Shown here in pieces: positions 28,070 to 36,750 of a DNA stretch of 64,000 nt (its first letter is position 1; each line of letters starts with the position of its first letter). The notes below the pieces were generated by a model. The model saw only the letters and a program-made list of their open reading frames with translations. It did not search any database and was not told the DNA's origin. A program made the position numbers and the translations under genes. Origin of the DNA: an uncultured Rikenellaceae bacterium (GTDB taxonomy: Bacteria > Bacteroidota > Bacteroidia > Bacteroidales > VadinHA17); contig CAZQRQ010000011.1 in the NCBI GenBank assembly GCA_964595725.1, positions 7,065-71,064 of the forward strand. Direction: 5' to 3'.

Positions 28070-29797
28070 CTATTGTGATGTGCCCGTGGCTCTGCCACCT
28101 TTAACACTCTCAACTCTTACTGTATATTTGTTACCTCCCTTTACTATCCAGCGCAGGTATACTTTTGACTGGCCGGGAATATTTTCCAGCTCTATCCTCT
28201 GCGGATTCTTTGCCTGCTCCGTGGTCCTGTTTCTTGCAGGATCATCGACAACCATTCCTGCAATAACATTTCCTCCTTCGAGGTATACATAATCCGGAGG
28301 ATCAATCTTATATCTCAGATTTGTTCCGGAATGAGTAGGAATCAGTTTCTTATTCTCTATTGTTGCGGATACTTCCTTCAATCCTCCCGTAAGATTCTTT
28401 ACCTGAATATCGGATACCTCAAGTTCGGGGAGCTGCAATGCATTATATATGCAGAAAGCCGCATTCCTGTGAGCATCGGTCTCCAGCATGAACCCGGGGT
28501 GAAGCCTTCCGAATGTCTTTTTAGGACCTCCAACTTCCACTTCACCGTACACCGGGTGGTTTACTTTCTGCCATGGAAGATAAGCATCCTCAAAAAGGAG
28601 GAGCCTGTCAAAATCATACTGATCTGTATATGCAGTGTCGTAGAACATTAGGTACGAGTTCCAAAGCTCATTAGAGAAGACATAAAGACCCATTGCACCA
28701 TACATCCAGTCGAGTTCTCCTCCCCATACGGTATACAAATCTCTCCAGATGATTAGATACCTGTAACCTGGAAGAATTTTCTCTCCTGTTCTTCCAATGC
28801 TGCTTAATACATTTTCATCATCCCGTGAATATACTTCAGCTCCACCACCCTGAACGGATGGACCCCTGAGTATCTGACCGCCTGAATTGTGGAACGATTG
28901 TGAACCGCCAATGTTAGGGTGATTTACCACAAAGTCTCGAACAGCCTGGTTCTCGGGAAATGTAAAAGGATACTTGTCCGCGCCGTTCTGAACATAATTT
29001 GGCTGCCAGTTAAATCCCCAGTCACGGTTTCCGTCATAACCCCCGGGGCCATCCTCATTTATCTGCCCGTCACCGTCATTATCAATTCCTTCCGATCCAA
29101 GAAGTTCATATTCCCCTTTTTCACCCGGTCCGACACGTATCATTTTTCTTGGATCGTCAGGGTCTATTTTCATATTACCATCAGGATTCTTCCTTCTCAT
29201 CTGGCTTATTTCATGATCTCCGTTGAGGTCATCCGGCCCGTCTTCATCGAGAAGACCATCGCGGTCATTGTCGCGGGGAGCGAGCCCGGATCTTGGTGGT
29301 ACGGTTTCTGATGTAAAATATTCCCTGCCGTCAGGGTTTATGGTCGGAGCAATATAGAAGGTTTTCTTTCCGAGCAGGTCCCTGATAAAATCATTTTCAT
29401 CAAACATCTCGCAAAGGTACCAGGCTGTGTAAAGGGCCATCTCAGTACCCTGGAGCTCTATAGAGTGGATATTCCCATCTATCCAGTATCCGGGTTTCAA
29501 ACCGGGATCCATGGTTTTTTTGTCGGAGATGATAAGCAGGTTAATATTTCGTCCCTGGTAGGATTTGCCAATTACTTCCAGGGAAACAAGGTCGGGATAC
29601 GCTTTAGCCAGCCTGGTACAGAGGTCTTCAACACCCTGGTTGGTGTAATATTTATTCCAGGAGGCCTGGACTTTCGGATTTACGGGTGAACCAACAGCCT
29701 TGAGAAATAATAAATCACTCTGGCTCTGGCCCTGGGCAGAAACTGCAGTAAGGACCAGCAGTGCTGCTATTGTTGAAAAGAATATTATTTTCTTCAT
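28070..29797 (-). CDS. Exported M14 family zinc carboxypeptidase (catalytic residues intact)
   Basis: DGNIHSIE (HxxE), GNRD, SFHNSG (third Zn ligand), FSNELW (catalytic Glu); DxDxDG-like acidic loops. Confidence 0.88.
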   Translation of the reverse strand: MKKIIFFSTIAALLVLTAVSAQGQSQSDLLFLKAVGSPVNPKVQASWNKYYTNQGVEDLCTRLAKAYPDLVSLEVIGKSYQGRNINLLIISDKKTMDPGLKPGYWIDGNIHSIELQGTEMALYTAWYLCEMFDENDFIRDLLGKKTFYIAPTINPDGREYFTSETVPPRSGLAPRDNDRDGLLDEDGPDDLNGDHEISQMRRKNPDGNMKIDPDDPRKMIRVGPGEKGEYELLGSEGIDNDGDGQINEDGPGGYDGNRDWGFNWQPNYVQNGADKYPFTFPENQAVRDFVVNHPNIGGSQSFHNSGGQILRGPSVQGGGAEVYSRDDENVLSSIGRTGEKILPGYRYLIIWRDLYTVWGGELDWMYGAMGLYVFSNELWNSYLMFYDTAYTDQYDFDRLLLFEDAYLPWQKVNHPVYGEVEVGGPKKTFGRLHPGFMLETDAHRNAAFCIYNALQLPELEVSDIQVKNLTGGLKEVSATIENKKLIPTHSGTNLRYKIDPPDYVYLEGGNVIAGMVVDDPARNRTTEQAKNPQRIELENIPGQSKVYLRWIVKGGNKYTVRVESVKGGRATGTSQ

Positions 29798-29819
29798 TTC
29801 GATAATCTTTTTCGTTTAT

Positions 29820-31535
29820 TTATTTCAGATCAATGCTGGTTGAAACAGTACCTGTATTAAGGGCACCTGCCGTGATTTTTAATGTACCTCTGCCGGAAAT
29901 CAGCCAGCTGAATTCCTGAGATCTATCACCCTCGAGCCTTCTGATTCTTTGTATTTTATCACCACTCAGCAATGTCTGATTTCCTACAGGCTCAAGTGAT
30001 ATTCTCATTATCCTGGTCCATTGGTTTATATCACCTGCCTCGGCACATGTAGCAAAGATCCCCTTATTATGCACTTTAGCTGAAACCCTGAAGACATTAT
30101 CTCCGAGACTTTCAGTCTTTATATCAAGGAATTCCAGTTCAGGGTGCATGCCGGCCACGGTCATTATAAATTTCGAATTGTTAGCTATCAGTTCTCCAAG
30201 CTTGTCGGCTGGAGGATTAGCCATTAAAAATGGTTTAATACCTCCGACTTCTACCTTCTTACCAGGAAAATCCGGGTGGTTGATTTCGGTCCAGTCTACA
30301 AAAACGTCGCCTAGTTTGTTTTCTTCAGCATACTTAAGGAAGGCTGCCTCGGAACTCATTGCCTTATCAGCCGGGATCCACCATCCCGGGGTTCCGAAAC
30401 TATAACGTCCATAGTGATAGTAAACCCATTCCATAAAATTCCCGCGAGTACTAACTGGTGATGGTGATCCCCTCAATCCCGTGATTTCATGAAATTTATC
30501 TGATACTAGTCTGATCACCGTCTCATCGGTCCTCATCACTGATGTCATTCTCCTGTCCACGGATCTCATATATCCTCCCGTTGATCCTCCTGAGCCGCGT
30601 CCGCCTCCCGTCTGAAAGCCCCGTCCGGACTCCTGGACCTGAGCAGCCGGGGACTGCGAAGCTGCACGCTCAGAGCTTCTTGGAGCTTGTCCCAGATTAT
30701 CCTGAGGTCCAAATGTAAAGACAGCGTAAATGTTAAAATGATCGTAAAGAAAGTCAGCAACAGCTTTTGATTCTATCTCGGAAACTGCATGAAGACCGGC
30801 ATTTGTGCCAAATTCCTCGTAATTGTAGGTGAAGTTCTTGTTAAAACTCACCCCTCCTTCGCCATCTTCATTGAATTTACTGTCTTTGTCATTATCAATG
30901 CCTTCTGTGAGCAAAATGAAAGCTCCTTTTTGTCCTTTTGACAGATCTGCTGCAACAAGTATTCTCCGATCATCTTCACTCTCAATTAATGTGCCGGAAG
31001 GATCGGAAATACGAATAGAAGTAATGAATCCATCTTTATTAAGGTCTTCGTAAGGGTCCTCATCATTTACAAAATCCCTGTCGTCGTCAGTTGACCTTGT
31101 GTTGACTGATCTTTCATACTTAATCGGGGCAAAATACTGTTGCGACGCATCAGGGCTCACATCGGGGAAGATATAAAATGTGATCTTTGACAGAAGTTCC
31201 TTAACCTCGGGAGATGATGATTCTTTCAATAATGTTTCAGCAAATCCCATTGCCAGCTCTCTGCTAAAGATATACCTGCCATCGACACCGCCAACTATAG
31301 CGAGTGCCGGTTTACTGTCCTTGTCGCCGGTACCGATCGAAATAGACCATATGTCTTTTCCCCCGGCTGTTCTGGCTATCGACCCGACAGAACATAGTGA
31401 CTTATAGTCAGTTGCCAGCCGGGTAGCTTTCTGCGACAGTGTTTTATAGTCGCTGTACTGATTCTGACCTGTGAGCTGTACGCCAGAGAAGAGTGCTGTC
31501 AGCGCGACGATCATTAGTTTGAATGTTAATTTCAT
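29820..31535 (-). CDS. Exported M14-like paralog, apparently lacking Zn ligands and catalytic Glu
   Basis: Collinear with the neighbouring M14 protein, but GGVDGRY in place of HxxE, FTFGP in place of SFH, FGTPGW in place of FSNELW. Confidence 0.75.
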   Translation of the reverse strand: MKLTFKLMIVALTALFSGVQLTGQNQYSDYKTLSQKATRLATDYKSLCSVGSIARTAGGKDIWSISIGTGDKDSKPALAIVGGVDGRYIFSRELAMGFAETLLKESSSPEVKELLSKITFYIFPDVSPDASQQYFAPIKYERSVNTRSTDDDRDFVNDEDPYEDLNKDGFITSIRISDPSGTLIESEDDRRILVAADLSKGQKGAFILLTEGIDNDKDSKFNEDGEGGVSFNKNFTYNYEEFGTNAGLHAVSEIESKAVADFLYDHFNIYAVFTFGPQDNLGQAPRSSERAASQSPAAQVQESGRGFQTGGGRGSGGSTGGYMRSVDRRMTSVMRTDETVIRLVSDKFHEITGLRGSPSPVSTRGNFMEWVYYHYGRYSFGTPGWWIPADKAMSSEAAFLKYAEENKLGDVFVDWTEINHPDFPGKKVEVGGIKPFLMANPPADKLGELIANNSKFIMTVAGMHPELEFLDIKTESLGDNVFRVSAKVHNKGIFATCAEAGDINQWTRIMRISLEPVGNQTLLSGDKIQRIRRLEGDRSQEFSWLISGRGTLKITAGALNTGTVSTSIDLK

Positions 31536-31620
31536 AGGGGTGTTTATTAGGTGTCAAATATTAAAACAGTTTAAGAATTATTAAGAAAACTAAATTGAGA
31601 GCACCAATGTATAAAAAATT

Positions 31621-32097
31621 TTATTGCGGCATGTTCCTGAAAGTTTTCAATTTTGAGGCATCGAAATCAGGATCCCATTTTATATTTTTTACAAATTCGG
31701 CAGTTTTATTGTTGAAATAGCCCAGGATGTGTTTCGGTGATACTGTGTATATAAGTTCATCATTATCACTGTAATATGGCTTGGTCGTGGTCATTACGTC
31801 TTCAATTCCTGTATCATTAATGTTAGAGATAAGAGTATAATTATCGTAGACCCTTTTGGGTATGGCAATAATTATAGTATATGACCCATAATCCTTTCTC
31901 TGAAAGAGGAAATAAGTGACCTCTATTGGTTCCAGTGGGTTAACCCGGTCTGTGGAGTGGGGAAGCTGATTTTCAAATATGAATCCCTCTTCGGTTATCT
32001 TTTCGGCAATTTCCTTTTCTTTTGTATTATGCAGGAAGAAGTAGCAGTTTCCGAATTTGGCAAGGATCTCTGCCAGTATCTCTCCCTTATTCTTCAT
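31621..32097 (-). CDS. Hypothetical cytoplasmic protein, possible ADP-ribosyltransferase-fold
   Basis: 158-aa ORF with its own -7 box (32128-32135); FFLHNT..IAEKITEEGF, YG..TIIIAIP and E....VSPKHILGYF motifs. Confidence 0.7.
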   Translation of the reverse strand: MKNKGEILAEILAKFGNCYFFLHNTKEKEIAEKITEEGFIFENQLPHSTDRVNPLEPIEVTYFLFQRKDYGSYTIIIAIPKRVYDNYTLISNINDTGIEDVMTTTKPYYSDNDELIYTVSPKHILGYFNNKTAEFVKNIKWDPDFDASKLKTFRNMPQ

Positions 32098-32185
32098 TAA
32101 TTCCAGGTAGTATTAACAAAAGCTCATCAAAATTAACTTATATTATTTTATTTGCAACACTTATGCCGGTTGTATTGTTATATGT

Positions 32186-32193
32186 TAAATTTG
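32186..32193 (+). promoter_or_regulatory. -7 promoter box (TAAATTTG) for the metal ABC operon
   Basis: Matches TAnnTTTG 23 nt upstream of the ATG. Confidence 0.55.
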
Positions 32194-32215
32194 TATAAAG
32201 CCAAGATAGCTAATA

Positions 32216-33088
32216 ATGAACAGAATCCTGTTTTTCTTGCTGGCACTGGTAGTGTTGTCCTGTAATTCTCGCGAAAGAAATTCCGGAGTCACTATTACCG
32301 TTAGCATACCTCCTTTTGCTTATTTTGTCAGTGCAATATCGGATAATGATTTTGACGTAAATATAATGGTTCCGGCTGGGTCCGATCCGCATATTTATGA
32401 ACCGTCTCCCGACCAGGTTGCATCGCTCCGTAAATCTGAAGCTTACATAAGTGATGGTTACCTCGGGTTTGAGCTTACCTGGCTTGACCGTTTTTTTGAA
32501 ACCAATAAACGAATGAAGTTACTCAAGCTGGGCGACTCAACAGATGTTATTGAAGTCGATGACCATGACAGGGTGGGCAATCTTGAGGGTGCTGATCCAC
32601 ATTTCTGGGTATCCCCGAAGAGTGCCAGGTCAATTGCAGGAGCTGTGCGAGCGCTCCTTTGTGAATTAAGACCTGAAAAGGAAGACAGGTATAATTCCAA
32701 CTACAGTCGACTCCTCGATACGATAGATTTAATGGACAGGAAAGCAGCTGATCTGCTTACCGGGTTTGACAATAATTATTTTATGGTTTTTCATCCCACT
32801 TTAACTTACCTTGCAAGAGATTATGGTCTTGTACAACTTGCAGTTGAAGAGGAGGGTAAAGAACCCACCCCTTCATCAATGAAGAATCTGATTGATCAAG
32901 CAAGGCAAAAAAATATTAAAGTAATTTTTGTAATGCAGGAATTTGACATGAAGAATGCACTGGCTATAGCTTCTGAGACCGGATCAGTTCTTAAATCGAT
33001 AAATCCACTTTCGGAGAACTGGCCCGAGGCTGTTGATGAGATAATAACCGCCCTTCACTCTTCCCTTTTAAGCAGTAATAATAAATAA
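32216..33088 (+). CDS. znuA: Zn/Mn ABC transporter substrate-binding lipoprotein
   Basis: Lipobox VLSC; DPH.YEP, DPHFWVSP, FH....Y.ARDYGL, E.EGKEPTP. Confidence 0.88.
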   Translation: MNRILFFLLALVVLSCNSRERNSGVTITVSIPPFAYFVSAISDNDFDVNIMVPAGSDPHIYEPSPDQVASLRKSEAYISDGYLGFELTWLDRFFETNKRMKLLKLGDSTDVIEVDDHDRVGNLEGADPHFWVSPKSARSIAGAVRALLCELRPEKEDRYNSNYSRLLDTIDLMDRKAADLLTGFDNNYFMVFHPTLTYLARDYGLVQLAVEEEGKEPTPSSMKNLIDQARQKNIKVIFVMQEFDMKNALAIASETGSVLKSINPLSENWPEAVDEIITALHSSLLSSNNK

Positions 33089-33090
33089 AA

Positions 33091-33837
33091 ATGGGTGTAC
33101 TTTTCGAAATAAGATCATTATCAGCCGGATACGAAGGTAAAACTGTACTTGAAAATGTCAGTTTCAGTGTTAAGGAGGGTGATTTCATAGGTGTGATAGG
33201 CCCGAATGGAGGAGGTAAGACGACGCTGCTTAAGATTATCCTTGGATTATTGAGGCCAACAGCAGGATCCATAGTGTTCAATGAGTCCCTTATACGGAGG
33301 ACACGTATAGGATACCTGCCACAGATGTCTGCAGCCGACAATACTTTTCCTGTTACTGTGATGGACGTCATCCTTTCCGGGCTGATGATCCAGAAGAGCT
33401 ACATGGCCAGGATGTCGGCTGATGACAGGATCAAAGCAAGGAAAGTGATTGCTGACCTGGGGCTTGGCCTGCTTGAAAAGGCAACACTTTCAGAACTATC
33501 AGGTGGTCAGCTTCAAAGAGTTTATCTTGGAAGGGCAATTATTGGTGATCCAAAATTACTTCTCCTGGATGAGCCGGATAACTTTGTCGATGCTTCTTTT
33601 GAAAGTGATTTTTATGAGAAGCTTCACGATCTGAATTCGCGCATGTCGATCCTTATGGTATCGCACGACGTCGGAACAATCTCTTCGCATGTAAAATCAT
33701 ATGCCTGCATAAACAGGAAGTTGCATTACCATGCATCACCCGAGATAACCATGGATCAGCTTTCAGCATATGATTGTCCTATCCAGCTTGTAACTCATGG
33801 CAGGGTTCCTCATACTGTACTTGAAAAGCATGAATAA
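33091..33837 (+). CDS. znuC: Zn/Mn ABC transporter ATP-binding protein
   Basis: GPNGGGKT, LSGGQLQR, LLLDEP, VSHD, YDCPIQL.THG.VPH tail. Confidence 0.88.
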   Translation: MGVLFEIRSLSAGYEGKTVLENVSFSVKEGDFIGVIGPNGGGKTTLLKIILGLLRPTAGSIVFNESLIRRTRIGYLPQMSAADNTFPVTVMDVILSGLMIQKSYMARMSADDRIKARKVIADLGLGLLEKATLSELSGGQLQRVYLGRAIIGDPKLLLLDEPDNFVDASFESDFYEKLHDLNSRMSILMVSHDVGTISSHVKSYACINRKLHYHASPEITMDQLSAYDCPIQLVTHGRVPHTVLEKHE

Positions 33838-34655
33838 TGGAAGGTTCAATTTTTCAATATGATTTTATAATTAAAGGCCTGCTCGGTGCGATATTTGCAA
33901 GTATCACGGCAGGTATTGCAGGTACATACATTGTAACCCGACGAATGGTTTTTCTAAGTGGAGGAATAACTCATGCCTCTTTCGGAGGAATTGGAATTGG
34001 CTATTTTGCAGGTATAAATCCGGTTTTTGGTGCAGCAGTATTCGGTATATTGTCGGCACTTGGAATAGAATACCTTTCCGTAAGTCACAAGATCAGGGAA
34101 GATTCTGCAATTGGTATTTTATGGGCATTTGGTATGGCGGTAGGGATTATTTTCATTTATCTCACTCCGGGATATACTCCTAACCTGATCAGTTACCTCT
34201 TTGGCAGTATTCTTACAGTCACAACTGCTGACATTATTGCACTGGGTGTCCTTTCAGTGATACTTGTTATTTTCTTTTCCGTTTTTTACAGGACTATAAT
34301 ATATATTTCTTTTGATGAATCATATGCAAGAACCTATTCTTCATATGTAAATATCTTCAAATACTTTACAACGGCACTGATAGCTGTTACTATAGTGTTG
34401 AATATCAGAATGGCAGGAGTTGTACTTGTCATTTCACTCCTTACAATTCCTCCAAATATTGCAATGCTGTTCACCCGGACATATTCCTCAATTATCCTGC
34501 TTTCCGTATTCACCGGTTTTGTAGGCACGGCGGCAGGTTACATAATATCTTATTTTGCCGGTATACCGGTTGGCGCCACAATAATTTTTACACTGGTGGT
34601 TATATGGATTATGATTAAGGTAGTTCAGCAGGCATTTAAAAAAGTCAAACAATAA
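33837..34655 (+). CDS. znuB: Zn/Mn ABC transporter permease
   Basis: RRMVF.SGGITHASFGGIG, YLFGSIL, multiple TM helices; ATG overlaps the upstream stop. Confidence 0.88.
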   Translation: MEGSIFQYDFIIKGLLGAIFASITAGIAGTYIVTRRMVFLSGGITHASFGGIGIGYFAGINPVFGAAVFGILSALGIEYLSVSHKIREDSAIGILWAFGMAVGIIFIYLTPGYTPNLISYLFGSILTVTTADIIALGVLSVILVIFFSVFYRTIIYISFDESYARTYSSYVNIFKYFTTALIAVTIVLNIRMAGVVLVISLLTIPPNIAMLFTRTYSSIILLSVFTGFVGTAAGYIISYFAGIPVGATIIFTLVVIWIMIKVVQQAFKKVKQ

Positions 34656-34665
34656 ATTACTTAAT

Positions 34666-36060
34666 ATGAATTATGATCTTTTAATTATTGGAAGTGGCCC
34701 CGGGGGGTATGTAGCTGCGATAAGGGCTTCCCAGTTAAAAATGAAGGTAGGGGTAATAGAGAAAGCTGAACTTGGGGGTATCTGCCTGAACTGGGGTTGC
34801 ATTCCAACAAAATCACTTCTTAAAAGCGCACAGGTTTTTGAATATATTATGCATGCTGCCGATTACGGAGTTACTGTCGGGGGAGATGTAAAGCCCGATT
34901 TTGCAGCTATGATCTCACGGAGCAGGGCTGTGGCAGATAGTATGAGTAAAGGTATTCAGTTTCTCTTTAAGAAGAATAATATTGACCATATCAAAGGTTA
35001 TGGAAAACTGACGTCAACTCCGGGCAAGGTTGATGTTGAGGAAACTGACGGATCTGTAAAGTCATATACAGCACAAAATATAATACTGGCTACTGGTGCT
35101 AGATCCAAGGAGTTACCAGACCTAAGGCAGGATGGTAAGAAGATTATCGGATACAGGGAGGCGATGACACTGAACCAACAGCCATCATCAATGATTGTTG
35201 TTGGTTCGGGTGCAATCGGGAGTGAGTTTGCCAATTTCTACCAGTCTATCGGTACAGATGTGATCCTTATAGAATTTCTTCCCAGGTTAGTCCCGAATGA
35301 GGATGAGGAAGTATCGAAACAACTTGAGAGGTCGTTTAAAAAGGCAGGAATGAAGATAATGACAGGTTCAACTGTAGTATCGGCAGATACTGACGGTGAC
35401 AGGTGCAAAGTCACTGTTAAGACACCAAAGGGAACGGAGATTATAGAAACAGATATTGTACTATCTGCAGTTGGAGTTGCGACGAATATCGAAGGGATAG
35501 GGCTTGAAAAGGCAGGAGTAAAAACCGAAAAAGGAAAAATAATAGTTGACGACTTTTATTCAACATCAGTAAAGGGCATTTTCGCTATTGGAGATATAGT
35601 GCATGGTCCTGCCCTGGCACATGTTGCTTCATCTGAAGGAATTACCTGTGTTGAAAAAATTGCCGGACTTGATCCAATACCGCTCGATTACAACAATATT
35701 CCTGCATGCACATACACTACGCCTGAGATAGCTTCAGTGGGGATGACTGAACAGGCAGCCAGGGATGCAGGATATGAGATCAGGATTGGAAAGTTTCCTT
35801 TTACGGCGTCGGGGAAGGCTAGCGCTTCAGGAACAAAGGACGGATTCATTAAGCTCATTTTCGATGCTGAATACGGAGAACTGCTGGGTGCACATATGAT
35901 TGGAGCAAATGTTACAGAGATGATCGCGGAAATAGTAGTCGCAAGAAAACTGGAAACCACCGGCCACGAGCTAATAAAAGCGGTTCATCCCCATCCTACA
36001 ATGTCAGAAGCTGTTATGGAGGCTGCCGCAGCCGCTTACGGGGAAGTCATACATCTTTAG
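34666..36060 (+). CDS. lpdA: Dihydrolipoamide dehydrogenase
   Basis: GSGPGGYVAAIRA, GGICLNWGCIPTK redox disulfide, GSGAIG.E, HPHPTMSE. Confidence 0.96.
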   Translation: MNYDLLIIGSGPGGYVAAIRASQLKMKVGVIEKAELGGICLNWGCIPTKSLLKSAQVFEYIMHAADYGVTVGGDVKPDFAAMISRSRAVADSMSKGIQFLFKKNNIDHIKGYGKLTSTPGKVDVEETDGSVKSYTAQNIILATGARSKELPDLRQDGKKIIGYREAMTLNQQPSSMIVVGSGAIGSEFANFYQSIGTDVILIEFLPRLVPNEDEEVSKQLERSFKKAGMKIMTGSTVVSADTDGDRCKVTVKTPKGTEIIETDIVLSAVGVATNIEGIGLEKAGVKTEKGKIIVDDFYSTSVKGIFAIGDIVHGPALAHVASSEGITCVEKIAGLDPIPLDYNNIPACTYTTPEIASVGMTEQAARDAGYEIRIGKFPFTASGKASASGTKDGFIKLIFDAEYGELLGAHMIGANVTEMIAEIVVARKLETTGHELIKAVHPHPTMSEAVMEAAAAAYGEVIHL

Positions 36061-36062
36061 AG

Positions 36063-36090
36063 CGGGAGATGCTGATATTTTAGCATTCCG
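36063..36090 (+). terminator. Hairpin after lpdA (probable terminator)
   Basis: CGGGA-G-ATGCT...AGCAT-TCCG stem just after the stop; no clear U-tract. Confidence 0.45.
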
Positions 36091-36093
36091 AAC

Positions 36094-36122
36094 GCAACCT
36101 TTGCCTTGATATCTACATCAAA
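36094..36122 (+). promoter_or_regulatory. Candidate ECF sigma promoter GCAACC-N16-CATCAAA
   Basis: AAC-containing -35 and 16-nt spacer upstream of an ECF gene; same geometry as the promoters at 51953-52039. Confidence 0.55.
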
Positions 36123-36189
36123 GAAATACCCGGATTACTCGGAGTATGACATTTTTTTATTATTTTTATCTCTGTAACCTCAGCTAACC

Positions 36190-36750
36190 TTGAGTGAAAC
36201 TAAGAAAATAATAAAAGGGTGTCTGTCCGGCAGCAGGAGAGACCAGGAGCTTTTGTACAGGAGGCATTCCTCAAAGCTCTATGCTGTCTGCCTTCAGTAT
36301 TCAGGTAATGATGAAGAGGCCAAGGATATTCTTCAGGAAGGATTTATTAAGGTCTTTGAAAATCTTCATCATTATAAGCATGAAGGTTCTTTTGAAGGAT
36401 GGCTAAGAAAGATTGTTGTCAACACAGCGCTTGAGAAATACAGAAAAAGAAATCATCTCTACAGAGTTGACGATATTGACATGATCGATGAACCGGAGGC
36501 CATGCCGGATACTGAGGATTATTCAGGGTTACAGGCTGTTGACCTTTTATACATGATAAGGGAATTGCCCCCAAAATACAGGATGGTTTTCAATCTTTAT
36601 GCAATTGAAGGTTATACCCATAAGGAGATCGCTGAAATGCTTAATATTTCTGAAGGCACATCCAAATCAAATCTTTCAAGGGCACGAACCATACTGCGGA
36701 AGAAAGTAGGTTTGTACTCCAGGATTAAAACCGGTTTTGTGAATGGCTGA
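36190..36750 (+). CDS. ECF RNA polymerase sigma-70 factor
   Basis: EAKDILQEGFIKVF, SFEGWLRKI.VN, LP..YR.VFNLYAIEGY.H.EIA.ML.ISEGTSKSNLSRAR. Confidence 0.95.
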   Translation: MSETKKIIKGCLSGSRRDQELLYRRHSSKLYAVCLQYSGNDEEAKDILQEGFIKVFENLHHYKHEGSFEGWLRKIVVNTALEKYRKRNHLYRVDDIDMIDEPEAMPDTEDYSGLQAVDLLYMIRELPPKYRMVFNLYAIEGYTHKEIAEMLNISEGTSKSNLSRARTILRKKVGLYSRIKTGFVNG

